This document shows, in pieces, positions 14,601 through 21,615 of a DNA stretch of 33,377 nt; position 1 is the stretch's first letter, and the number at the start of each line of letters is the position of its first letter. Made by a program: the position numbers and the translations under genes. The stretch lies in contig PXAS01000174.1 in NCBI GenBank assembly GCA_003565815.1, positions 1 to 33,377 on the forward strand. Direction: 5' to 3'. The notes beneath the pieces are model-generated. The model was given only the letters and a program-made list of their open reading frames with translations, did not search any database and was not told where the DNA came from. Source of the stretch: PVC group bacterium. Lineage in GTDB: Bacteria; Verrucomicrobiota; Kiritimatiellia; SS1-B-03-39; UBA6053.

Positions 14601-15529
14601 GAATAATGATTCCCATCATAGGTGCCTTGAAACGAAATAAAACCATCGCCACTTTGATGACCCACTGGTGCAAGCGACATTCCGCCGAAGTCAATATCAG
14701 CCATTTGTCGGTAGTGTTTGTCCATGTCCCAGGCGCCTTCTGAATCCTCAGTGCTCTCCCCGGATCCCACGCGCAGAAAATCCTCTATCGTCGTGACAAA
14801 GTAAGGGTTTTCAATACTACCATCGCCACCTGTCACGGAAAGGTCAAGCTCCTCGATATCTTGGGCGGAAAGTGCCCGGTCGAAAATTAGGATTCGCGCC
14901 ACCGCGCCAGATGAGGCCTCGCTCCCGCCGGTCGGAGTGTCGTCCTGGAAAAATATCCAGCGGTCGTTTCCGTCCACGACCGCACGGAAATCGCTGTCTA
15001 TGAAAGAGAACTGCTCCTCTCCATTCACATACGCGCGGACAACATTGTCAGCCGCGTCGCGGGCAAGCACCACGGTCACAAAATCTCCGGCAGTGATCGG
15101 GGAACCGTCGCCTTCATGATAGGGCGCATAGAAATTGGCGTTACCGCTCCTGCAATAGAATCCTGAATCAAGACTGCGGTTTTTGAAGTCCAGAATTTTA
15201 CGGTAGGATGAGACTGTATCTAATCGAAATAAGATGGCTACCGTATAGGTTCCACTACTTGCCAGCAGGTCGGACAGGTTGTCCAAAAGCACCCCGCCAC
15301 CTGCGGGGAATTTCAGCACACGCCGATGGCGACCCAGCACATTTTCATTCGCAAATTCGTTCCCGGAACCAATGTTGGCGAGGGGGGATTCCGGGCCTAA
15401 CGAGTTTTCAAGACTGTCCTGAAATCTGTAATCCCCCACGGGATTCGCAGAAAGTATGCCAGCGGATAAAAAAGAAAGCAGGCTCAGCCTCATCAAGCGA
15501 TTCAGTGTGAAGTGGGCTTTTGTTTTCAT
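11663..15529 (-). CDS. Large secreted surface/adhesin-like protein: LamG (concanavalin-like) + GLUG-motif region + two cadherin-like/VCBS-type Ig domains + FN3 + Big-like + C-terminal beta domains
   Basis: ATG 15529 has GGGAGA upstream; ORF-track start 15559 is the alternative. Signal peptide: MKTKAHFTLNRLMRLSLLSFLSAGILSA. Domain evidence:
- LamG-like: YTVAILFRLD...VVLARDAADNVVRAYVNGEE...ARILIFDRALSAQDI
- GLUG-type repeats: GGIVGR, GGIMGS, GGIAGA, GGIAGH, AGISGF ... SYWDTETTG
- Cadherin-like: DSFTFVANDGQEDSNVATVSITITPVNSAPVA and VDSFTFIANDLLVDSNTATVTITV
- FN3-like: RWRPVPGAVRYRIDV...SWYAIRIFA. Confidence 0.9.
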   Translation of the reverse strand: MKTKAHFTLNRLMRLSLLSFLSAGILSANPVGDYRFQDSLENSLGPESPLANIGSGNEFANENVLGRHRRVLKFPAGGGVLLDNLSDLLASSGTYTVAILFRLDTVSSYRKILDFKNRSLDSGFYCRSGNANFYAPYHEGDGSPITAGDFVTVVLARDAADNVVRAYVNGEEQFSFIDSDFRAVVDGNDRWIFFQDDTPTGGSEASSGAVARILIFDRALSAQDIEELDLSVTGGDGSIENPYFVTTIEDFLRVGSGESTEDSEGAWDMDKHYRQMADIDFGGMSLAPVGHQSGDGFISFQGTYDGNHYSLINFNMTFPNDRHIGFFASLDSGEVRNVNIKWATIIGGVSVGGIVGRAPSGHIVNCRVMKSHIEAKGAVVGGIMGSGDSAYASHDTFIENCASRKNVIIGTHYTGGIAGAAARTTIRNCFSTSSVAATAIHSHPNMGAGSFCGGIAGHNAWNGQIYNSYSAGPLSAADGNPAGISGFYRWYGALVSGSYWDTETTGTAYTHGSGEGRTTAQMMRQSTFSGWDFSDIWQMDEDESFPYFQSPLVAPRPSPAPPFTFALGGAFTVAEGNMYAGAVTATGGDGSPPTFSMLTGPERGDLTLNADGSFNYQAHRQPTLGFVGTDSFTFVANDGQEDSNVATVSITITPVNSAPVAQDADFTVAVDETLSDAVTATDEDGDALQFALRNAPQHGEISFAANGEFTYTPNTGFSGVDSFTFIANDLLVDSNTATVTITVLPQTPQRVLTFEGLADNEPVKNFYNGGLGGSGSGPGPDYGVYFSGNGLALTTGNYSNPPSEPTILFFLTGDATTMNVPAGFHTGFSFFYASSEAVQIRVYDGLDATGNELATLDLPATPNWYNNWVPTGVSFDGIARSVDFAGAANLCGFDNITLGSEAPGDLELAAPEQLSPVDIPPTGMVARWRPVPGAVRYRIDVGLDEDFNQYLDGHEKLDVAQTTHYQLSALEPGSWYAIRIFAEDASGLSLPSNTVWVPTGDNIPYPKRFPPDGPVSLGALLHFHLPHRFHGAGMAYDTESSDEQVVAASVDAEGNLRLEMLSPGEAQIVITATDLATGYTATHRLTIEVVDDQPAVESNTFAEREPWNMRFTQTVEIRNTSGRNALGVRVLFSNLADGMTVENQTGLNEEGRPILDVETFFPDGDLLSFNIVYLSTMVSPEDAPPLLEFEYILRDPPQPLPEGGVMITRQILLDDGTGRVVMEFESTPGALYAVEYMNNFPNGTWIQVPLRLRAGANRTQWIDPGPPATRPMEGVRVYRVKQIFEGEK

Positions 15530-15559
15530 GCGCTTCTCCCGAATGAGGTTCAAGAACAA

Positions 15560-15750
15560 GGTCGAATAGGCATAAGATTGTTTATCTATACTTTAATCCT
15601 ATGGTATTAAAGCCTGTAACAGTTTGTCAATGCAATATTTCGTTTTTTTCAATTTTTTCTTTTTTTTGCATTTTCTTTGCAAAACAAGCTTGATTTATCG
15701 CTTTGTCTATAGGTATTATAGACTTAACAGCTTATCGCAGAGGTTTACTC
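15560..15750. promoter_or_regulatory. Divergent intergenic control region with T-tracts and candidate sigma70-like promoters
   Basis: AT-rich spacer between the two arms, with T7 (15643-15649), T6 (15653-15658) and T8 (15660-15667) tracts. Plus-strand candidate: TTGATT (15690-15695)-N18-TATTAT (15714-15719), with AGAGG 8 nt before ATG 15751. Minus-strand candidate: TTGACA (complement of 15625-15630)-N18-TACCAT (complement of 15601-15606). These are motif matches only. Confidence 0.4.
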
Positions 15751-18700
15751 ATGCTAAATTCATTGCGTTTGATTCGTTTTACTTATGGCGGTCTCTTGGC
15801 CGTACTTTTCCTGTTCTCAGTCAACCTTTTGGCTCAGGAGGCGTCCGATGCGCGGATTATTGACGCGGCCCGGCGGGTTCATGAGGGCACGGCCAGTCTT
15901 TCCGACAAGTCGGTGGTCATCAACAACAATGCCCGGCTGAACACGCTGGGCAGGTCGGGGGGGCTTGCGCCGGGCAATCCGGGCCTCAACCATTCTTACT
16001 ACAACAGTTCTCAAGATTATTTCAGCCGCGCCAATCAGATCGCGGCCCGTCGTGCGGCCAAAGAGGTCGGGGTATCCATCCGGGTTCAACCCCGTAAACC
16101 CGGTCAAGCGAGTTTTAATCCGGGAACGGACACGGATTTGATTGTGTACCGGGGCCCTGACGGAAAGCTGATCAGCAAGCAGCAACTCGACGCCCTGGAC
16201 GCGGCCCACCAGAAGCATCTGAAAAAAATTCTGCGCAGCATGGGTCAGACGCCTCCCGCGGGACGAATTGACGCGAATACGGATTTCATGCCCCACCCGG
16301 ATCACACCACCCGGGATACGTTTGTGAGTCAATCCAACCAGATCAACGCGCGGGGAGGCGCGGCCTACACCGATCCCGCGGCGGTGCGGGTGGAGTACCA
16401 AATGCGGGATCCCAATGGTCCGACTCGTATTTCGGTGAATGACGCCGGACGCTATGTTTCGCAACAGCAGTTCCATGCGGACCGTCATTTTCGCGCCGCA
16501 GACCAGTTGAACCATCATGCGAATGCCTTGGAGAGGCAGTATGGGCCGCAAGCAACCGCGGCACAAAAGTCGCAGATCGCCCATCTTCGGGATCAGGCGA
16601 GCATCTTCCAACAAAACGGGGCCAAGTATATCGACCGAATCAACACGGTGACCGACACCGTGGCCCGGCAAAACCATGTGGACGTTTCCCGCGGCCCGGA
16701 AACCGATTTGGACCGGGCGGCCCGGCGGGCGGCCGGCCCCCGGCGGACATTACCAGACGATCCCGCGCCCGTGGGCCGCCGGAAAGTCAGTGCCGTGGAC
16801 ATGGCCACGGCAAAAACCGCGGGCCTGAGCGATCAGCTTACGCGCAAGGCGGTGATGGCCCATGCGGACACGATGTCGAGAATCGCCGCCGCGAACCCCG
16901 GGCAAGCGGCGGCGGCCCGGGACAGCATCGCGCGGACCATGGCGCGCCTGCCCCCGGCGCAACAAGGTGAGATTCTCCAAAACCTGGAGCGGACCGCCGG
17001 CAGGGCCTTCACCAGTGACGTGGCGAAACAGGCCCGCCAATACCAGCGTCCAATTCGGCCCTCGGCCACCCAAACCCTTACCCAAAAGGCGCTGGAGGCG
17101 GTGGGCACCACGCTGAAAGCCGTGGCGATTCTCAATGTGGCCGCGGACATCAAAGAAATTCTCACGGCGGAGGACCCGGCGGCTGTTTTGGCTCAAAAAG
17201 CGACGGGTTATGCGGACGGGCTGTCGGGAGGCTCCATCACCACGGCCGAGAAACTCGGGGATTTTGAGCACCTGCAGGTGGAGCACGACGCATATCTTCA
17301 GGGCGTGGAGCGGGTGCTGCATCAGGCGATAGAAGTCAAACTCCGCCGTATGGGAGTGGATCGAGAGGAAGCTCGGCGCATTTCCAACTCCTTTTACCGT
17401 GGGGATTTGGAACCGTTTCGGGCCAAGGCCCGGGAGTTGAAGGCTGCGGGCATTGTGGATCCCCATCCCGAGCGCGGGGGTTTGGAGGGGGTGAGCGCCT
17501 GGGATCAGGATGACACCGCATTCGAGCGGCTGCTGGGCATCGGGGAGGGAATTGTCGAGGCCGGGAAACGTGCCGGGGAATTTGCCAAGGACGCGGTAGT
17601 GGATACCGGAGAAATTTTGGTGGGGCTCACAGAGTCCGGGGTTCTGAAAGAGTTGGTCTGGGAGCGCGACCCGCGTCTGCTGATCGACATCTACCAAGAA
17701 CGTAAGCGTACCGCCAACCAAACCGCCCTGAGCCGGGAGGAGATGATCGCCTATCTGGAGGCTCTGGGCGCTTCGCCCGTGGGGGCCCGCCGGGCGACCG
17801 CCGCTCTTTTGGATGACGGAGATGTTTCCGACTTCCGCAGGCTCGTGGCCGTGCTTCAGGATCGTCGCGCCAGGCGGGAGCGAGAGGCGGCCGAAGAAGA
17901 TGAGACATTTCCCGGAGAATTCGGGGAGGGGGAAGAAGCGGGGCCGGAAGACCTCCGGGGGATGGAGCCCATGTCGGTCGCGGAGATTGTGGATGCCGGC
18001 GGGGTAAGAATCGTCCGGGACTCCGCCAATGTCCCGGAGGATGCTTTGCGGGAGGGAACCCAAGTGATGAGCTCCTCCGGGAGTTGGGCCAAAGCCTATG
18101 GCGGCTGGCGTACCGAAGAAAATCCACCCAACAAGCCCAAAGAAGTCGGGCCGTTTGCCGTGCGCCCGGGCAAGTATCGGGCGCACCTTTCTTATTCGCC
18201 CGACATCCCCGCCAGCATGACCGCCGGAAACTATAATACCGGGATGTCGGTTTCCTTTTCCTCTCCGGGAAATACAGGCGGAGGCGGAGTGGCGCGCATC
18301 CGGAACAGCGCCCGAAACAAGGCCAGCGGGGAGGGCTCCCGGGACTTTGTGATCGACCGTCCGGGGCAGATCACGGTGCGTTTTGGTATGGCCACCAGCC
18401 ATGGCCAGGCCGGGGGCTACGCGGAACACGCCCAAAGCTATACGGGATCCATCACGTTGTTGGAGCCTTCCCTCCAGGAAACCGCGGAAGCGGGGGCCAA
18501 AATCGCTTCGGGGGACCTCATTCAGGTCGGGCGTCAGGATGCCACCGTGGCCTTGTGGGACGGGACTTTGGTGACCCTGCGCGCGGGCAGTGAGGTGCGG
18601 GTGGAAATGACCCCCGAGGACAGCGTGCGGGTCACCGTGCTCAAAGGGTCCGGACGTTTTGCGCGAAAAGGGGCGGCCTTTGGCAGTTTGGAGGTGGTGT

Positions 18701-21438
18701 CACCCGATGGCAAAAACCTGATTCGCCCGCGCGGCACCGATTTTATTGTGTCGGCTTCGGGAGTGGATGTGGTGGAGGGCGCGGTCGAAATCAACACCGA
18801 GGGAGAAGCGCCGGTCCTGGTGGAAGCGGGCCAACGCTTCCATGCCGGAACCCGCGAACTGCAGCCCTTGGACCTGAATTCGCTGGGTCCGGCTCTTTCC
18901 GCAGACGGATTCCCGCTGCTTCGGGAGTATTGGATGCCGGATTCGGAAGAGTATGGTGAAAAAGACTCTCGATTTGCGAACAATTCCGTGCCGGGGGGAT
19001 GGTGGCTTGCCGATCCTCCTTTGCGAAGCGCTTCCCGGCCCCTGGAAATTGAAACGCCCACCGAGGGAAGCCTTCGTCTCAGCGTACCGGCCAACAGCCG
19101 TCTGGATGATTCAGGCAACACAGCTCCGCGCCTCATGCACAAGGTGACCGGTGATTTTATCCTGGAAGCGGAGGTCAAGCTGGAGGGGGATGGCGCGGAG
19201 TGGGCCGGTTTGCAGTTTATCGCCAGGTCCCCGGGTTCCTTCGCGGGTTCGCGGCACGGCCAGTTCCCGCGAACGGCGGGGAATGATGCCGGGCAGCATT
19301 ACTGGCTCGGCCCTTATCTCCTGGCCAGAACCGGGGGCGGCGTGATCCGGGTTCCCGCGCTCAACCAGTCCCGACATGCCGATTGGCCCGGGGCGGGCGA
19401 CGGTCCGGTACGGGTTTTTGTGGCCCGTTTGGACGGCCAATTTGCGATCTATTGGAGTCTGGACGGAGACAATTGGCACTTGGCCGCTTTGCCGCAGGCC
19501 GATCTCCCGGAAACGATTTGGGTGGGTTGGGCCTTTGTGAACACCCCGCGCGCGCAGACTCCCGCCCTGTTTCAGCTCGACAAGGTCCGGCTCGTCACCG
19601 CGCCCTCCGGTGAGATTTCCCCGCCGGCCTGGAGTGTCACCGCGCAGAACGGGCGAGCCTCGTTGGAGGAGGATGGTTCCGTGCGGCTGGTATTGGACGG
19701 GACGGCTCCGGGCTCGGCCCGCGCCTTCTCGGGACGAATGTTGGCGGGAGATTTTGATGTCGAAGCCCGCTTCGACACCGAACCCGGTGAGGCAAATCCC
19801 GGGGAAATCCGCCGTTGGTCGCTTGCCGCCGTTTACCCCGGGGAGAATGGGCTTGCCGTTGGCTGCGAGATGGGCAATACGGGTCAACGCTATGGTCTAT
19901 TCATTCAATCCAGGCCGGAATTTTCGGCACGGACCGGTTTTTCCGCCGTTTCCGGCGTGATTTCGGAACCCGCGGGCAGGTTGCGGCTCAAGCGCGAAGA
20001 CCGCATCCTGACCGCGTACTACTGGCGTGGAGGGCAGTGGGAATACTGGCGGGAAGCACCCTACCGGGACAAGCAAAAAAAGGAGTACGCCGGCCCGGTC
20101 TACCTCCGGCTTGAAGTCTCCAATGGCCACACCGAACAAAGCGCGGCGCCCATGGAAGTTCGCTTTCACGTGCAAGCCCTGTACGAAGAGAAGCCGGAGA
20201 CCTCCCCTCCCGAAGTTTCCCCGGAAAATTTGGCCCGGGCACGGCGTCTTCGTGCCGAAGCCGCCTGGCAGGAAGCCAGAGGTGAACAGAATTTGGCCCT
20301 GGAGGCTTATTTGAAAAGCCTCGAGTTTTTGCCGGATGAGGAAATCGAGGCCAAAATCAAAAGCCTTGATCCCGGCAGGCTGGCTCCGGTGCTTTCCCTG
20401 ACCGAACCCTACAGGGCATATCTGTCCGAAGGCACCGCCGCCGATTGGTACCGCGTAACCCTTCCCGCTTATGGCGATTTGAACGTGAAAGCCGAGGGCT
20501 ATGACGTGTTAAATTTTGGGTTGGACATCCTTACGGATCAACGGGTGATTGCAAACGCACGACCCAACAACACCCCCTCGAACGCGGTCTCGCGGACGGG
20601 TCTTGCCCCCGGAGACTATTTTGTGCGCCTGAACCGCAGAAGTGGAGACGGCCCTTACGTGATCGAGGCCCGGCTTGACCCCCAGGCCAAGGCCTCAGAC
20701 CCTGAGCCCAACGACAGCTTTGAGGAGGCACACCCCATTGCCCACGGAAGTAAGACCTCCGGTCTTTTGGGATATGGGGATGGTGTCACTTATGACCGTA
20801 TCGATTGGCACGCGATCGAACTGGAGGCCCCCGGCGATCTGCTGGTAAATGTCGAGGGGGAGGAGAGCCTCACCCACCTGAACCTCTTCCTGTATGATAT
20901 GGATGGACGGCGCGAACTGGGCAGGGACACAGGCGGCACGAAAAATTCCCGGAGTGTCGCCCGTGCGGGTCTTGCCCCGGGAACGTACTATGCTCCGGTC
21001 AGACAACTCAGGGGCCATGGCGCCTACCAAATCCATCCACAATTTACGCCTTCCGCCCATGCCGAGGTCTGGGAGTTGCCGCCGAACGACACCCTCGAAG
21101 ATGCTCGGGCCATTCCTTTGAATCAAAAGACCGTCGGGCTGCTCGGCTATGGCAATGTGAAAGGATCGGACCTGGTGGATTGGTTCTCCATGACCCTCGA
21201 AAGCCCCGGTGATTTGCGGGTGGAGGTTCACGGGGAGGATTCCCTCGGCAATTTCGTGCTTTACCTCTACGAGACAGACGGGAAGCGCATACTCGGCCGG
21301 GATACAGGCGGCACGAAAAATTCCCGCGCCGTCTCCGCAGGCCTGCAGCCGGGAACCTATTATCTGCAGGTGCGACACGGCTCAGGCCATGGCGCATTCT
21401 TCGTGCACCCAACCCATACCCCTCCAAGTCCGGACTGA
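15751..21438 (+). CDS. Giant secreted multidomain protein (~1895 aa), paralogous at its N-terminus to the 2442-aa protein
   Basis: The long ORF (track start 15703) begins on TTG. ATG 15751 gives the signal peptide MLNSLRLIRFTYGGLLAVLFLFSVNLLA/QE. Architecture: shared N-terminal domain, helical region, FecR-like domain, two concanavalin/DUF1349-like jelly-roll domains, one TPR-like module and three PPC (pre-peptidase C-terminal)-type domains. Confidence 0.92.
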   Translation: MLNSLRLIRFTYGGLLAVLFLFSVNLLAQEASDARIIDAARRVHEGTASLSDKSVVINNNARLNTLGRSGGLAPGNPGLNHSYYNSSQDYFSRANQIAARRAAKEVGVSIRVQPRKPGQASFNPGTDTDLIVYRGPDGKLISKQQLDALDAAHQKHLKKILRSMGQTPPAGRIDANTDFMPHPDHTTRDTFVSQSNQINARGGAAYTDPAAVRVEYQMRDPNGPTRISVNDAGRYVSQQQFHADRHFRAADQLNHHANALERQYGPQATAAQKSQIAHLRDQASIFQQNGAKYIDRINTVTDTVARQNHVDVSRGPETDLDRAARRAAGPRRTLPDDPAPVGRRKVSAVDMATAKTAGLSDQLTRKAVMAHADTMSRIAAANPGQAAAARDSIARTMARLPPAQQGEILQNLERTAGRAFTSDVAKQARQYQRPIRPSATQTLTQKALEAVGTTLKAVAILNVAADIKEILTAEDPAAVLAQKATGYADGLSGGSITTAEKLGDFEHLQVEHDAYLQGVERVLHQAIEVKLRRMGVDREEARRISNSFYRGDLEPFRAKARELKAAGIVDPHPERGGLEGVSAWDQDDTAFERLLGIGEGIVEAGKRAGEFAKDAVVDTGEILVGLTESGVLKELVWERDPRLLIDIYQERKRTANQTALSREEMIAYLEALGASPVGARRATAALLDDGDVSDFRRLVAVLQDRRARREREAAEEDETFPGEFGEGEEAGPEDLRGMEPMSVAEIVDAGGVRIVRDSANVPEDALREGTQVMSSSGSWAKAYGGWRTEENPPNKPKEVGPFAVRPGKYRAHLSYSPDIPASMTAGNYNTGMSVSFSSPGNTGGGGVARIRNSARNKASGEGSRDFVIDRPGQITVRFGMATSHGQAGGYAEHAQSYTGSITLLEPSLQETAEAGAKIASGDLIQVGRQDATVALWDGTLVTLRAGSEVRVEMTPEDSVRVTVLKGSGRFARKGAAFGSLEVVSPDGKNLIRPRGTDFIVSASGVDVVEGAVEINTEGEAPVLVEAGQRFHAGTRELQPLDLNSLGPALSADGFPLLREYWMPDSEEYGEKDSRFANNSVPGGWWLADPPLRSASRPLEIETPTEGSLRLSVPANSRLDDSGNTAPRLMHKVTGDFILEAEVKLEGDGAEWAGLQFIARSPGSFAGSRHGQFPRTAGNDAGQHYWLGPYLLARTGGGVIRVPALNQSRHADWPGAGDGPVRVFVARLDGQFAIYWSLDGDNWHLAALPQADLPETIWVGWAFVNTPRAQTPALFQLDKVRLVTAPSGEISPPAWSVTAQNGRASLEEDGSVRLVLDGTAPGSARAFSGRMLAGDFDVEARFDTEPGEANPGEIRRWSLAAVYPGENGLAVGCEMGNTGQRYGLFIQSRPEFSARTGFSAVSGVISEPAGRLRLKREDRILTAYYWRGGQWEYWREAPYRDKQKKEYAGPVYLRLEVSNGHTEQSAAPMEVRFHVQALYEEKPETSPPEVSPENLARARRLRAEAAWQEARGEQNLALEAYLKSLEFLPDEEIEAKIKSLDPGRLAPVLSLTEPYRAYLSEGTAADWYRVTLPAYGDLNVKAEGYDVLNFGLDILTDQRVIANARPNNTPSNAVSRTGLAPGDYFVRLNRRSGDGPYVIEARLDPQAKASDPEPNDSFEEAHPIAHGSKTSGLLGYGDGVTYDRIDWHAIELEAPGDLLVNVEGEESLTHLNLFLYDMDGRRELGRDTGGTKNSRSVARAGLAPGTYYAPVRQLRGHGAYQIHPQFTPSAHAEVWELPPNDTLEDARAIPLNQKTVGLLGYGNVKGSDLVDWFSMTLESPGDLRVEVHGEDSLGNFVLYLYETDGKRILGRDTGGTKNSRAVSAGLQPGTYYLQVRHGSGHGAFFVHPTHTPPSPD
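15838..16692 (+). other. Shared N-terminal domain (copy 2) of the two giant proteins
   Basis: See the block alignment listed for 8097-8981. The GTDTD motif is encoded at 16123-16137. Confidence 0.7.
18505..18800 (+). other. FecR-like beta domain
   Basis: GDLIQVGRQDATVALWDGTLVTLRAGSEVRVEM...VTVLKGSGRF......LEVVSPDGKNLIRPRGTDFIVSASGVDVVEGAVEI matches the FecR-domain pattern (l.t...s.a.l.l.dGs.v.l...s.l.....l..G...f......f.v.tp...v.v.GT.F.v). Recognised by eye only. Confidence 0.55.
18971..20185 (+). repeat. Two concanavalin-A-like (LamG/DUF1349-type) jelly-roll domains
   Basis: Copy 1: ...LMHKVTGDFILEAEVKLEGDGAEWAGLQFIA...VRVFVARLDGQFAIYWSLDGDNWHL...LFQLDKVRL. Copy 2: ...GRMLAGDFDVEARFDTEP...GRLRLKREDRILTAYYWRGGQWEYW...VRFHVQAL. 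The GDF..E..v and R.g......S.DG..W patterns are typical of this fold. Confidence 0.5.
20221..20370 (+). other. Locus-specific TPR-like module (copy in the ~1895-aa protein)
   Basis: NLARARRLRAEAAWQEARGEQNLALEAYLKSLEFLPDEEIEAKIKSL aligns with the copies at 10154-10315, 30318-30479 and the 2226-3329 array. Confidence 0.6.
20398..21423 (+). repeat. Three tandem PPC (bacterial pre-peptidase C-terminal)-type domains
   Basis: Copies 2 and 3 start with EPNDSFEEAHPI / PPNDTLEDARAI. They continue G.LGYG....D.(I/V)DW....LE.PGDL.V.V.GE.SL....L(F/Y)LY..DG.R.LGRDTGGTKNSR......L.PGTYY..VR...GHGA(Y/F), the classic PPC pattern. Copy 1 (20398-20685) is degenerate but keeps DWYRVTLPAYGDLNV...LAPGDYFVRL. Confidence 0.75.
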
Positions 21439-21615
21439 AAATATCCCAAACCCCAAGCATACTTTTTGTAGAAAAAACTTTTTTTGTGTTGCTTTCACTG
21501 CGCCACCTCCCCTATATTACTCATAGGACATAACAATTACATTCATCCCGGAAAACTTTTGATGAACGTGTCACATTTTCTTCGCCCCAAACCAGAATGT
21601 TCAAAAGGGAATGAC

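Noticed and set aside
15703-15750. Upstream TTG start for the plus-arm giant ORF (ORF-track start 15703), and likewise the track start 21484 for the vWA gene
   Set aside because: The extensions add non-signal-peptide residues ahead of textbook signal peptides. Those peptides begin at ATG 15751 (AGAGG upstream) and ATG 21616 (AAGGGA upstream). The upstream parts lie in AT-rich promoter-like DNA.
16750-18435. 561-aa ORF on the minus strand
   Set aside because: It lies antisense to the ~1895-aa giant gene. The sequence is Pro/Arg/Gly-rich and low-complexity, with no start context or domain.
1758-21438. Idea that the giant proteins are RTX/T1SS adhesins exported by the adjacent ABC system
   Set aside because: No GGxGxD nonapeptide repeats or C-terminal T1SS signal were seen. 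Both proteins have classical N-terminal Sec signal peptides. The ABC system is the split FtsE/FtsX type, without a fused TMD-NBD exporter, MFP or TolC.
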